The notes under the pieces were generated by a model. That model was not told the origin of the DNA and did no database searches. It saw only the letters and a list, made by a program, of their open reading frames with translations. A DNA stretch of 64,000 nucleotides from Microthyrium microscopicum (taxonomy: Eukaryota), in contig MU004243.1 of NCBI GenBank assembly GCA_010405405.1, forward strand, positions 367,340-431,339, read 5' to 3'. The number at the start of each line of letters is the position of its first letter. Position 1 is the first letter of the stretch. Shown here piece by piece: positions 36,631-48,543 of the stretch. The position numbers and the translations under genes were made by a program.

Positions 36631-39057
36631 TCAAGCTTGCTGTCTAGCGATCCACTCCTCATGAAGCTTCTTCTGCTTTTCCCACTCCTTGAGCAGCTTC
36701 TTCCGCTTGTTTTTCGCCACTTCCTGACCCTTGGCATCCTTGGTTGGAATGCCATCTGCGTCCCACTCTTTGTATTCATCTGTCTTAAACATCGTCAAAT
36801 GGCTCAGTTTTGCCTTTTCTTCCAGTAACTTCTTCTTCTCGGCCTCTTCCGCCTCTCTTCTAGCCTTGGCAGCCAGCTTGTCTTTAGCAGCCGAGTCTTT
36901 CTTTGCAAGTGCATCTTCGAGCGCCTTGTTCAATGGTCTCACCATAGCTGGCTGTGTATCTCGATCTTCGAGGTAGATCTTGAGCTTCCAAAGATGGGAG
37001 TCGCGCAGCTTGTCGCATAGTGCAAGTAGGTCCTTCGCCGCAGCCTTTTCGTCTGCGAGCTTTTTAACATCGGCACGGAATTGGACGAGCACATCTTCGT
37101 AAGCCTTAGAATCATTGCTATGGGCTGATGATGGCACCGAAACGTTTTCAGTTAGCTGTGCTATGGATGCGTAGTCAAGCACTCCAGAGCGAGCTGCTTG
37201 CCGGACATGATCCCGAAGCTGGGCTACCGGGTATACGAATGGCACCGCGGGCGCTGGAATGTCGACACCGGACCAGCCGACGCGATTCGTGTCTTTGAGG
37301 TCGCCTTTCTCATCTAGACCAAATATTGTGACAATTCGCGTTATGAAACGCGCAATCGATAGTGTAGTTTCATCAGCTACGCCTTTTGTTGAGTTGAAGT
37401 CAGTGACTAATTCGGATATTATTCTCATAGCCCCTGCTGTGTTGAACGAGTCACGCAGAGCCTCGTCTATGTCCGATTTCGCCTTTTCTAATTTTCCAAG
37501 AAGCTGTTTGTCTACGTCGGTATTCTTTGCACTAGCTGGTGATGGATTTCTGGTAGTGTCGATAGCTTTGAGGAAGAAGTTGTTTAGCTTGTCTTCCCAG
37601 CCTGCTGTTGTCATAAGGAGAGCATCGGTGATTTCTACACCATCCTGCCAAGGGCTCATCAGTAAGCAAATGCGTAATGATCGAGAGTTCCATTCTCCTG
37701 ATTGAAGAGCTTGTTTGATGGTAGTAAAGTTCTTGAGGCTCTTGCTCATTTTCATGCCTTGAATGCTGAGGTGCCCCATGTGGATGAAGTAATTTGACCA
37801 CTGCTCTTTCGAGCCCTCTGAGGACCAGTATGCCTCTGATTGGGCGAGTTCGTTGTCATGATGAGGAAATCGAAGATCTACACCCCCGGAATGAATGTCG
37901 ATTGTTTTGCCGAGGACTTCCGACGCCATAACAGAGCATTCAATATGCCAGCCTGGTCGTCCATTACCCCAAGGACTATCCCATGACGGCTCGCCTGGCT
38001 TGCTTGCTTTCCACAGAGCAAAATCGCTTTGATTGCGTTTGGCTGCAGCTTTATTGGACAGCGAGCCTTCACCATCAGCCACCAGACTGGTGTCATTTCG
38101 ATTCCAAGGTTCTAGTCTGGCATATGGATTTCCCGCCTTTTCAAAGGCTTCGATGTCGAAGTAGACTGATCCGTCGCTCGTAGCGTAGGCAAAGTCATTC
38201 GCTATAATCCTTTCGATAAACTTGACAATCTGGGGTCCAAACTCTGTGACTCGAGTCACAACATCAGCATCCAAGACATTTAGGTTATGCATATCGTCGA
38301 GGAAACGTTTTTCGAACTTTTGGGTAAGCTTGGTGAAAACGGTATGGTCTTTAGAGTCAATGGTTGACCCATGCAACGAGTCTAGATATGGGAGAAGAAC
38401 ATCCTCAGCTTTAATATAAAACTCTTCTTGAGCGGGCTGTAGGCCGTTCGAAGAGGCTAAGAGCCCTCCTGCAGCTGTGCGAGCAGTGTTGATGTGCATT
38501 CTGATCTTGGCTTCCTTGTCTGCAGGAGACTCTGTATCGCTCTCAAGGGCCTTGCCATCGAGCACTCTCTTGTAATAGTGGATGACTTCCGCCTCAAGGT
38601 TTTCAGGCGTGGTGTCGGAAGGTAGTAGAGGAAGGTTCTTTTGGATGTATTGTGTGAATGCGTGGTTTGTGTCTGCGACTAACGAGTCATCGATGCGGTC
38701 ATGTTCCATTTTGTATTTTTCAAGCAGGTATTGCTGACGGCCTCTAAGGATGATTTTGTCGTCGACGTCCGTTATGTTCATAACAAACTTGACTTGAAAG
38801 CCGAAGTAGTCTTTCATGATTCGACGAAGGATATCGGTTGAGACATAATTCCTCGCATGGCCTAAGTGTGCATCGTCGTAGACAGTTGGTCCGCAAGTGT
38901 ACCAAGTGACCACATCTCCTTGAGGGTCAAGTGGAACAAAATCATCCTTCCTTCTTGTCAAACTGTTGTACACCTTGAGGGCCGGGATTTGGATGCCAGC
39001 TGCGGGTGCTTTTGGAGGCGCCCATGGTGGCTGCTGACGAGCTGTTTTTGATGCCAT
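36631..39057 (-). CDS. CRS1: Cysteinyl-tRNA synthetase (in-frame upstream ATG at 39246)
   Basis: WYTCGPTVYDDAHLGHAR (HIGH), MNITDVDDKII, DFALWK, GRPGWHIECS, DIHSGGVDLRFPHHDNE and KMSKS. Confidence 0.97.
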   Translation of the reverse strand: MASKTARQQPPWAPPKAPAAGIQIPALKVYNSLTRRKDDFVPLDPQGDVVTWYTCGPTVYDDAHLGHARNYVSTDILRRIMKDYFGFQVKFVMNITDVDDKIILRGRQQYLLEKYKMEHDRIDDSLVADTNHAFTQYIQKNLPLLPSDTTPENLEAEVIHYYKRVLDGKALESDTESPADKEAKIRMHINTARTAAGGLLASSNGLQPAQEEFYIKAEDVLLPYLDSLHGSTIDSKDHTVFTKLTQKFEKRFLDDMHNLNVLDADVVTRVTEFGPQIVKFIERIIANDFAYATSDGSVYFDIEAFEKAGNPYARLEPWNRNDTSLVADGEGSLSNKAAAKRNQSDFALWKASKPGEPSWDSPWGNGRPGWHIECSVMASEVLGKTIDIHSGGVDLRFPHHDNELAQSEAYWSSEGSKEQWSNYFIHMGHLSIQGMKMSKSLKNFTTIKQALQSGEWNSRSLRICLLMSPWQDGVEITDALLMTTAGWEDKLNNFFLKAIDTTRNPSPASAKNTDVDKQLLGKLEKAKSDIDEALRDSFNTAGAMRIISELVTDFNSTKGVADETTLSIARFITRIVTIFGLDEKGDLKDTNRVGWSGVDIPAPAVPFVYPVAQLRDHVRQAARSGVLDYASIAQLTENVSVPSSAHSNDSKAYEDVLVQFRADVKKLADEKAAAKDLLALCDKLRDSHLWKLKIYLEDRDTQPAMVRPLNKALEDALAKKDSAAKDKLAAKARREAEEAEKKKLLEEKAKLSHLTMFKTDEYKEWDADGIPTKDAKGQEVAKNKRKKLLKEWEKQKKLHEEWIARQQA

Positions 39058-39538
39058 GGTGAAATGAGTATTGCGATTCGGAAGGAAATCTAGGTCTCTA
39101 TTGGGAGTATTGCGCAAGTATTGTCCGCATTGCAAGCTATGGGCTCGAGTTAGCGAGAATGAAGAAGAAGAGCGTATTGAAATATTATACCGCTTGGTGA
39201 CAGGAATGAGTCTAGCCGGCGACCATTTATAACCGCAAAGGATCATCAGCGGAACAGAGGGATTTAGTGTTCAGTCCGTGAGTCACTGACAGGCTGAGCA
39301 CATATTTGGTCGTCGCATTTATGGACCATGGTTGTGCATCCAACTGCAGGGATGAGACTGAAGTTATGACGGACTCGGCCCGATCGGCTCTTTCGCTACT
39401 TCGGGTCGGTCCGCACTCTCGGCCATTAGTTGGTCGGCGATACTTTAATCCGCTGCCCACACCCAGCTGAAGCTCCCTCAACACCAAGAAAAGTTCACGT
39501 CGACTTATTCAGGTTCATCCCGTCAATCACAAGCAACC

Positions 39539-40353
39539 ATGTCGAACGCAGCCTTGAACAAGATTGCTCACAACAGCCCATCGCGGGCCTCTCCTTCGGA
39601 GATTGAGACCAGCATTGCTACTGCTCTCCACGATCTCGAGACAAACATCCCCGATATGCGCTCGGCGCTCCGTCCCTTGTCGTTCGTTACTGCTCGCGAG
39701 GTAAGATAACAATAGATCCTTTTCATCGCACGATATCTATCGTATACTCCTCGACCTTCGCATCGCATCGAGAATTGTACAATACCATCAATCATGAAGA
39801 GGAGTTGGGCACTGGGCGGCATTATGCTGACACCAGGATTCTTAGATTGATGTTGGTCACGGTCGCAAGGCAATTGTGATCTTTGTCCCCGTTCCTCTGC
39901 TTCCTCAATGGCACAAGATCCAGCAGCGGTAAGTTTATGTTAGCTCACCATTTCTATCGTGCCAAACTAAATCCCTTCAGTCTCACCCGTGAGCTCGAGA
40001 AGAAATTCTCAGACCGTCACGTCATTGTAGTCGCTTCTCGCCGTATCTTGCCTCGCCCAAAGCGTTCCAACCGCAGCCGCAACAGCCAAAAGCAGAAGCG
40101 CCCACGTTCCCGCACTCTCAAGGCTGTCCATGAGGCCGTCATGACCGATCTCGTCTACCCCGTCGAAATTGTCGGTCGTCGCATTCTTCAGCGTGAGGAT
40201 GGAAGCCAGATTCTTAAGATTGTCTTGGATGAGAAGGAGAAGGCAACAATGGAATACCGCGTCCAAACTTACGAGGAGGTCTACAAGCGCTTGACTGGCA
40301 CCAACGTCCGCTTCGAATTTCCTGTACCTCAACCCCAGGCTTACTACATGTAA
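39539..40353 (+). CDS. RPS7: 40S ribosomal protein S7 (eS7), 3 exons
   Basis: [10 protein letters not shown]...[28 protein letters not shown]...[12 protein letters not shown]...RRILPRP...QKRPRSRTL...[12 protein letters not shown]. Introns 39701..39845 and about 39929..39980. Confidence 0.96.
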
Positions 40354-41469
40354 ATGTGGTGTTATCGCCCAGCGTTGTCCACCAGGGAGAGTCATTACAT
40401 AAAAGCTTCAGTCATGCATGAAAGGCGTCTAGGGGTGCTTACAGCACAGGCGTAGCAAATGAATACAATCTGGTCCATGAGGCTATATCATCAACGTTTG
40501 AATTATGCTTCTTAATGAATGTTCCTACGCATCGAATCTTATCAATTGTCTCGGGCTCGATTCTTGGGGTCATATAGCTTCTCGAGTCTTCTACATTTGT
40601 CTAAGCGTTTTTGCAGTCATGTTACCAGATTTTCCAGCGCCCCATGTAATCCCAATCTTGCAACAACATGGTCCGCTGGCTTTCGCGTGTTGATTGTATT
40701 GCCATTTTGCACTATCTGTTTCACTCTTGTTCCTACTTACCATTTGCTCAGAATGAAGGAAGAACTAGGAAGATGAGTACAACTGGCCGTCTGAAGGAGG
40801 CAAAGGGCTCGAGCCCAGCATCGTAGCATTTCAGATGCTGGAAGGGCCGCCCTGACCACTATACATCCATTGCCCTCGAAGATCATATTAAATCTATTTC
40901 CAGCATCGATCCAGACAGTCCAATCTTAAGCTTTGATTGGCTTACAAAAGTTATAACAGGACTTTAGCATTTTGAAAGTCTCAGAATAACCAAGGAAGGC
41001 TTCAGTGGTGGACTTGATACTCCCCAGTGTCAATCTAGTAATGGCATCGGCTTGTACGCTCTCAAGTGTATCACGTAACTAGGCCAAACATCCAGTTGCT
41101 ACGAACCCTTTCTTTATAGGATCTAGCCTTGTACATTCGTACTACAAGGCGATGTCCGAAAACTGACCCTGGACTTGGATGTAACATACAATATGCAGCT
41201 TTCGTCGCTCTTACACTGACTAAAGGACCTGTCTAGTTTGTTCCTGTCAGTGGTCACAAGGAACAACGGTTGGCTCTGTACTTCCTACGGATATACCCTA
41301 TGCTCATACTCAACAGCTGGTGTGCACAAATGACTAGCTGGACTATATAGGCTGTCGGCGCACCTTAACTGGTATTGTCAGTCAGCAATTCCAACAACTT
41401 CATTCTTCCAAGTTTTATACTATTGTTCATAAGTCACCTAAGATTTGTGGTACATTCATTCACAACACC

Positions 41470-41970
41470 ATGCATTCTTTCCAAGTTCGTTCGCCATGCT
41501 AGAGTATCACTCAAAACCAAATACTGACAACCCACAAGACTATCTTTAGCCTCGCGCTTCTATTCACAACCAGCTTCGCCAGTCCCATAATTCTCGACCC
41601 AGGTCAATCAGCAGCGACTTGCGGCAACAACCACTATACATCAGCCCAGATCTCGTCTGCGGTATCGACCGGTTGCAAGTTCTACCACTCAGGTACTGGC
41701 GCTGGTGGTTCGACATACCCTCATGCGTTCAAGGACTACGAGCACATTCCAATGTCTAGCAACGGTCCGTGGGAGGAGTTTCCTATTATGAAGAAGGGAG
41801 ACTACAATGGAGGTAAGAAGTACCTTGGAATGTTGTTGACCTTATGGCTAATTACTGTACTTCAAGGTGCTCCTGGGGCAGATCGAGTTGTCTTTAATAG
41901 TGCTTGTCAGCTGTCAGCGGTGGTAACGCATACTGGTGCGAAGGGGAACAATTTTGTGTCTTGTAACTAG
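41470..41970 (+). CDS. Secreted guanyl-specific ribonuclease (RNase T1/N1/F1 family), 3 exons
   Basis: Signal peptide, TCGNNHY, YPH, WEEFPI, PGADRVVFN and THTGAKGNNFVSC. The T1 catalytic Tyr/His/Glu/Arg/His residues are present, with 4 Cys. Confidence 0.92.
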
Positions 41971-42303
41971 AATTTATGCTTTTTGAGACTATTCTGGAGT
42001 AAATATTGAGAGTTCATCGACCACTATATCGTATTCAAATAGAGTAACTATTGAGTGTTTGATTGCTTTCTGCAAAACTTGAGGCATAAGTATTCTTCAC
42101 ATCATACGAAAATGTCGCTGGTGAACATATTTTTTTGTGGTCGCCACTTTGCCCACTTCACAGCTGATTGTTTGGTACCTACTCCGTAGAGGGAGCTTGA
42201 AGCTTCAACTTTGATCTGACTCAACTTCATGCCTTCCACCCACCGATTCTAAAGACAGAGCTCATCATCAATTTGAATGAAACAAATTTAGTAGATAGGA
42301 TTC

Positions 42304-43764
42304 ATGGAGACCATTTCCAGAATAACTCAAATCGAGCAAGAGCTAGGAAACCATCGGGCAGCAATAACAAAATTGGAAAGCGAGCTATCTCAACTCCGCG
42401 CAACCCAAGATCAACAACCACAAGATCACCAACCTCAACATCAAAAAGACACATCCAACTCATCTCCAAATGGCTCATCTACGACTAACTCAAAGCCCGA
42501 TACACATCCCCCAACCACAAACCCGACTCAACCCAAAAAATACCCCCTCCTTCACAGCGAATACACCCGCTACGGCCGCCAACTAATCCTGCCCGAAATA
42601 TCCCTCCACGGCCACCTAAAACTGAAAACCTCCTCCGTCCTCCTAATCGGCGCCGGCGGTCTTGGCTGTCCCGCCGCAATTTACCTTGCTGGTGCGGGTT
42701 TAGGCCACATTGGCATCGTGGATGGCGATACCGTTGACGAGAGTAACTTGCACCGCCAGATATTGCATGGTGGGAATGTTGGTGTAAACAAAGCAGTGAG
42801 CGCGGTGGAGGCTATGAGGAAGCTAAATCCGTTGGTGAAATATACAGCGCATGAAGAAGCGCTGACGGCGGAGAATGCGATAGATTTAGTCAGCGGATAT
42901 GATATTGTGCTAGATTGTAGCGATAATCCAGCAACACGATATCTCGTTAGTGATGTGTGCGTTGCGTCGGGCAAACCGCTTGTTTCTGGCGCGGCGTTAC
43001 GGACGGATGGGCAGTTACTTGTTCTCAACGCGCCGCCTAATATCGGGCCCTGCTACCGCTGTGTGTTCCCTGTGCCGCCGCCAGCGGATAGTGTGCCGAC
43101 GTGTGGGGAAGCCGGTGTGCTGGGACCTGTGGTGGGCGTTATGGGCGTGCTTCAAGCATTGGAGGCGATTAAAGTATTGGTTGGGCAGATGCCGGACCGC
43201 GCGGAGATGTTGTTGTTTGCTGGGTGGGGAATGGGGTTTCGTAGTATACGGATGAAGGGCAAGAGGAAGACGTGTGTGGCTTGTGGGGAGGGGGTAGAAA
43301 GAGATGCGTTAAGGGAGAGGATTGGGGATGGAAGTGTGGATTATGTGCGGTTTTGCGGTGGTGATGGGGTGGCTGATGGGCTGGGCGAGCTGGAGAGGGT
43401 AGATGCGAGGACGTATGGGAAGGTGGTGGAGAGGGGAGAGAAACATTTGTTGGTGGATGTTAGGGAGAAGGTGCAGTTTGAGCTTTGCGCTGTGGAAGGG
43501 AGTGTAAATTTGCCATTCTCTGAGATTCCTGGTCGCGTGGATGGCGAGCAGGGAGAACGGCTAAGAGTGCAATTGGAGGAGCTGATGGAGAATACTGGAT
43601 CTGATACCCCATTGTATGTGGTGTGTCGACTGGGGAACGACTCACAGGTAGCTGTGAGACGTTTCCAAGAGTTGGGCATAGATAAAGAGCGGTGGATAGG
43701 GGATATAAGAGGAGGTTTGCGAGCATGGAGACGAGATGTGGATGTAGACTTCCCAGATTATTAG
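42304..43764 (+). CDS. UBA4: Adenylyltransferase/sulfurtransferase Uba4 (MOCS3/CnxF): ThiF plus rhodanese
   Basis: RYGRQLILPE, VLLIGAGGLGCP, SNLHRQ, DCSDN, CYRC, C..C and the rhodanese motif VCRLGNDSQ, ending FPDY. Confidence 0.95.
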   Translation: METISRITQIEQELGNHRAAITKLESELSQLRATQDQQPQDHQPQHQKDTSNSSPNGSSTTNSKPDTHPPTTNPTQPKKYPLLHSEYTRYGRQLILPEISLHGHLKLKTSSVLLIGAGGLGCPAAIYLAGAGLGHIGIVDGDTVDESNLHRQILHGGNVGVNKAVSAVEAMRKLNPLVKYTAHEEALTAENAIDLVSGYDIVLDCSDNPATRYLVSDVCVASGKPLVSGAALRTDGQLLVLNAPPNIGPCYRCVFPVPPPADSVPTCGEAGVLGPVVGVMGVLQALEAIKVLVGQMPDRAEMLLFAGWGMGFRSIRMKGKRKTCVACGEGVERDALRERIGDGSVDYVRFCGGDGVADGLGELERVDARTYGKVVERGEKHLLVDVREKVQFELCAVEGSVNLPFSEIPGRVDGEQGERLRVQLEELMENTGSDTPLYVVCRLGNDSQVAVRRFQELGIDKERWIGDIRGGLRAWRRDVDVDFPDY

Positions 43765-43966
43765 CAGACATGCACTTGTTCGAAACAAGCGATTGTAAGA
43801 TCATTATCACATTATCCTATCAAACTGCATTATCCCAAAATAATCCTCAAAGTGCTGATTTAACAAGTGTAGAACGTAATTTATAAGTAGAATCCCAGAC
43901 CAAACCGAACGCCATAGTATGCTTGGATATCTTTTGCAGTTGGGGATAGTAATAAAGGAGAGCGAC

Positions 43967-45961
43967 TTAGGTAAGCTCCTGCTCAGGTTGAGGGACCGGT
44001 GGTGGTTCTGATGGGGGTTGTTGCTGTGCTTCCTCAGGCATATTTGCTTCCCCTTTGGCACCTTCAGCAGCGGGCGGTTGTGCTGATTGAGCTTGTTCAG
44101 TTTGAGATTTTGCTGCTTCAGCTTGAGATGCGGCCTCTGAACCCGGCGCAGGTGTCTCTGTCGACTCATCGAACTCGTCCTCCTCAACGACTTCCTTAGG
44201 CTGCTCAACGGGAGGTGCTGGTTCGGGCTTTCTCTCAGACTCGGGCTTTATAGGCTCTGGCATTGCAAAAGGGAACTCCTTCTCGCAGGTTCCAAGGCTC
44301 TGTCCGAATTTCTTTACGCGATGAGGAAGCCAGCCACTCTTCATTCTACGATCAGCGGGTACTGCTTCTCCCATGCGGAAAGTCGTGCCAATTCGGCACT
44401 TATTGGGCTCATGAACGTACTGAACGCACTTGGAGCGGATATCGCAGGCAGCTCGGCATGTCTCGGGCGACGAATGCGCATATGAGGATGTTCGTGACGT
44501 GTCGGTATAAACGTGCGATTGAGAGAGGTTGTCCCAATCAGTCCGGTTTTGTGACTTAGCGACGAGTGAGACGATGAAGCCTTCAAAATAGTCCTTGTAC
44601 AGAATTGGTGGAATTCCAATTGACTTTGTAAAGTCTTCCATTTTTACAGCAGTGGGAGAAGGTGACGCAGAGGTGGTACTAGATGCAGAGGATGTCGCCG
44701 TTGCTTCGCGCTTGAACCATCCCCGGGTAGTGCTTGTAGATAACGGAATCGCAGCTTCATTAGCTGCGACAGCCTCGTTATTGTGGTGAATTGTCCAGTT
44801 GCGCTCGAATTGCCAGAGCATATCCATCAATGGAGGGGTGATACGGTGCCATGTTACAGCTGCCTTGCACCAATGTCGACTGCTCCAGTCAATTGAAAGT
44901 GGAGATTCGCCTTGTGTATTTGGCCAGCTGCGAGTGAGTGTAACGTTGGCTTCATTAAGAGCCTCGGCCAATATCTGATCTCCACAGCATCGTTTGCCAG
45001 AGAGAATTTCCCATGCGGCTTTACGCTTCTCGAAAAGCGTGGCAAGATTTTTCATCGCCGCATTGGAAAGGACTATCCCTGAAGAGCTGCTTCCCAGCTC
45101 CACATCTCCAAGCATTGTTTGCGCGCCAGCATAAAACGGAATGGTATGATCCAACTGACCGATCCAGGCGAGAAGATTTGGTAGTGAAAGATAGGTATCT
45201 CCCTCAATATAGACGAACCATTTCTTTTCGGGGTTCATCCGATAAGATTCGACAAGAGATGGGATGATAGACCATCGGTCCAAGTTGTGATCGGTGTCCT
45301 CAACAATGGTTGAGAAGTCCTGGAATGCATTTTGAGCAGTCTGTAGGCGATGATACAAATCAAAGTCTCTGTTTGCTTGACGAGCTTTAACGGTGACATT
45401 GGCCAAAGCGTCGTGTATCACGTATGAACCAATTTTATGAGAGACATATGACCAAAGTATCATGGGCGCACATCGCAGATTGGTTAAGAACCTAGTAGGA
45501 AGTTGATTGTATAATTCGGATGCTGGTGTCTTGATGACGACCAAAAGGTCTTTGGTTCCTTTGGAAAAGACGGCGCATACTGGATCTCCAAGAGAATCAG
45601 AATCGAATTCGAGTGGAATAGAGGAAACGGGAACGGGAGGAGCTTCGATAATGGCAGCTTCGGTTGTTTCTGGTGCGGCAGGATCGCGATGGTGGCCTAG
45701 GTAATTGAAGAATTTGTCGCTCACAGTGTCAGCATCCTTCTCGCGAATTTGGCTGGTAGTGGCCTCCTGAACGATATCCTTCCCGCCAAGGTCGTGGACT
45801 GGCTGCTGATGGCCGACTGGATTTTTATAATCAGCAGCGGCAGGGCTAGGCGCGCTCAAATAGAAAATTAATAAAACTCCAACCAGGATAGCGGCGATTA
45901 GACGGGGACCCTGGAGTACTCCGCCGCGTCGCAATAAAGCATGGATTGAAGCGGCAGACAT
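43967..45961 (-). CDS. Glycosyltransferase family 31-like type II membrane protein with a PAN/apple-like Cys module
   Basis: N-terminal TM, LLVVIKT, LDRW, KKWFVYIEGDTY, GIVLSNAAM, CCGD.ILAEAL, WCKAAVTWH, DWDNLS and CRAACD...CVQY...C. Confidence 0.8.
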   Translation of the reverse strand: MSAASIHALLRRGGVLQGPRLIAAILVGVLLIFYLSAPSPAAADYKNPVGHQQPVHDLGGKDIVQEATTSQIREKDADTVSDKFFNYLGHHRDPAAPETTEAAIIEAPPVPVSSIPLEFDSDSLGDPVCAVFSKGTKDLLVVIKTPASELYNQLPTRFLTNLRCAPMILWSYVSHKIGSYVIHDALANVTVKARQANRDFDLYHRLQTAQNAFQDFSTIVEDTDHNLDRWSIIPSLVESYRMNPEKKWFVYIEGDTYLSLPNLLAWIGQLDHTIPFYAGAQTMLGDVELGSSSSGIVLSNAAMKNLATLFEKRKAAWEILSGKRCCGDQILAEALNEANVTLTRSWPNTQGESPLSIDWSSRHWCKAAVTWHRITPPLMDMLWQFERNWTIHHNNEAVAANEAAIPLSTSTTRGWFKREATATSSASSTTSASPSPTAVKMEDFTKSIGIPPILYKDYFEGFIVSLVAKSQNRTDWDNLSQSHVYTDTSRTSSYAHSSPETCRAACDIRSKCVQYVHEPNKCRIGTTFRMGEAVPADRRMKSGWLPHRVKKFGQSLGTCEKEFPFAMPEPIKPESERKPEPAPPVEQPKEVVEEDEFDESTETPAPGSEAASQAEAAKSQTEQAQSAQPPAAEGAKGEANMPEEAQQQPPSEPPPVPQPEQELT

Positions 45962-46724
45962 GATGGCGCTACAACATAATAAACTTAGTGAAGGAGAGGG
46001 TAAAGAAGAGAATGAGAGAAGGAATGAGGGTGGGACAGAGGTGGAGGTTAACAAAGTTAAAGCAAGGGAGGGAATGTGGTATGAAAGAAGGTTGTGTTAC
46101 TGTACTTGTTGGTGGGAGCTGGGCAGTGGGCAGTGGCACAACTGCTCAAGCTGGATTGGTGAAAAAAAGGGGCGCAGGGCCTGAATATCAAGATGTCCCT
46201 GAGATACTATTGGCTATACCATTGAACATTTAGAGCTACTTTGTTCTAAATCTGGCCAGACGCCTCGTACCGCGTACATGTCTCCCTGTAATATGCAGTA
46301 CATACTGTACTAACAGCGGGTACAACGCGATTCATAGTCTCACGGGCTAGCGATCGCTTCCTTTCGCCTTGGCGGGTTACCCAGATCTTGATTAATAGGT
46401 GGGGTGATGGGTAGACAATACAATGACACGACCGAGGGAAAGAGGAATATGAGAAATCCTACAAATTGTCGTTGACACCCTGACGGTACCGTGTTGCTTG
46501 CTGTTGAACTTGGAGTCGCGATTAATTGTCCCTGGGTACAGTAAGGCGGCGGTTCCGTAAATGGACAAATGGATAGAGAAGGAGCCTCTCGCTTGCACTT
46601 TCCCTAACTTGGCTAAGTGCCCACGTTTTTGCCGCGACGCGCTAACTTCCACCTCTCCCCCACCAAAAAAAAGTCTTAGATTAATCCAACAGCAGCAAAA
46701 TCTCAACACCATCTCGACTCCAAT

Positions 46725-47403
46725 ATGGCAACTAAACGACCTCACGATGGCTCGGCTGATGAGCCTCCTAAGAAGAAGAACATTCGAACTGGTTTCCGAG
46801 TTGGACCTGAGAACCTCCCAGATGGAACCTACCGCCGCAAAGGTATGAGATCACTCTATTATCTGGCTATAAGCTGGCAACTAACGCCGACTAGTCAAGA
46901 AGATCAAGACGAGCTTGATTAAGAAAGCAAAAATAAAGCGCGAATTTGCGAAAATCAAAGCACATCACGATCAAGATGATATATCCCGCCCAAAGCCTCC
47001 ACAAGAAGAATCCAATGCCCCAATCGAGGAACCAGCATCCTTGGAACTTCATCCCGACAGACAAGCCATGCTGGACAATGATGAACCAGAGCCAGAGCCA
47101 GCTCTTTTCCGCCAACGAAACACACAACGGAATACACAACGGGATACAGAGCGTGGCCGCTGGGCCAAGACGAATCCATTTTCTAAAGAGGCCGATCTGG
47201 CACAAAAGAAGCAAGCAGAGATTGAGAAAAGGCAACAAGAGTACAAGGAAGCTGAAGCCCAAAGAAGACAAAAGATTCAAGATCGGCAGAGATTGCAAAA
47301 AGCCATGGCAAAAGCTAGACAACCTGGCAAAAATGGTCAACGTAAGCTTGGCCGTGAGAGCGTGGTGCTTTTGGAGAAGGTCAAAAAGCTGGTCAACGCT
47401 TGA
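46725..47403 (+). CDS. FYV7-like basic coiled-coil rRNA-processing protein, 2 exons
   Basis: GFRVGPENLPDGTYRRK|VKKIKTSLIKKAKIKREFAK...LHPDRQAML...GKNGQRKLGRESVVLLEKVK. Intron about 46843..46894. Confidence 0.7.
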
Positions 47404-48543
47404 ATTCTACACGAACTGGACTCTAGACCTATTTGGGCAATTTGCCATGCCATTTATCAGCATAATTTCTGATAGCGAGGACCTGACAGCAAACCGGAGA
47501 GCTTCCGCGGCCAAACGTCAATGATATGGGAGAGACGAAGGTCAGCGCTCGTCCTGCATAGATTCAACAGATCTTACAGGAGCGACGCAAGCATATGACT
47601 GGTTACGTGTGCCGATTGACCGAACGTTCGTTCCGATCACATCGTAAATGAATTGACCATCATTTGATCCATGCTAGTTGAGGCTCACTCATCTCTTTTA
47701 TCTACAACCCGCCGTCCACCAGCCTACCTACAGCTGATAATAGCACTCTATTTGTCTTCGATTCGACTTCCTGAATTCTGAAAGTCAAACACATGAAATG
47801 CTTGGCACCACAACGAACCAAGAATGCGAAGAATGCGGAACCAAATTTTCCATCCTTAGGGATTTACCCTAAATTGCTAGGATCAAAATTAAAGTATTCG
47901 GCTGTCTGCGAAGCGGCTCGCCGAATAAGTCCCTTTACGGTAACCGTATTGGCTCAGGCCATTTACAGATCCCGTGGAATTACAGCAGCTGTGTGGGGAC
48001 GATCGCCAATCTGCTTGTATGACAGACATCAAGCTTCGATCAACGACGCTGAGAACGCACTTTAGGTCTACATCCCTGGAACATGTTGTTTTACTGGGAT
48101 TGCCATCAAGGGTAAGCGGAGGTTTATTGAAGAGCAAATTAACTCAGGGCTTGGATCATAGTATTGGGTACGTAGATCGCCCCAGCTGGCTGTATATCTA
48201 ACACTATACCATCCAATATCCATTTGAATTGCAGTCGTTCGGTAACCAGTACTTACGCACTAGATCTTAATACGCTCCTTGCCATTGGCAGTACCGATCG
48301 CCATGGTTCCTAGCATGCCAGGGAAGTCTCCTAGTGATTACATGTCTAGTAGTAAAACCTACTTCTAGTACTAGCCTTGGGTCGTGCTATAGTTTAATTC
48401 GACAAGATCTCACATTATTTCCCATTTCCGAAAAGCCCCTCTTACACAAACTTTATGTTTTTAAATCGCTCTGGGCCTATTTTTCTCAGAAATCGACGAT
48501 AGACTCATGAGGGCGAGCCCTATGTACTCCAATTGAGCCAAGA

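Noticed and set aside
39701..39845. Possible intronic C/D snoRNA in RPS7 intron 1 (ATGAAGA...CTGA)
   Set aside because: The boxes are only about 30 nt apart, box C is imperfect, and the CTGA is part of the CTGAC branch point.
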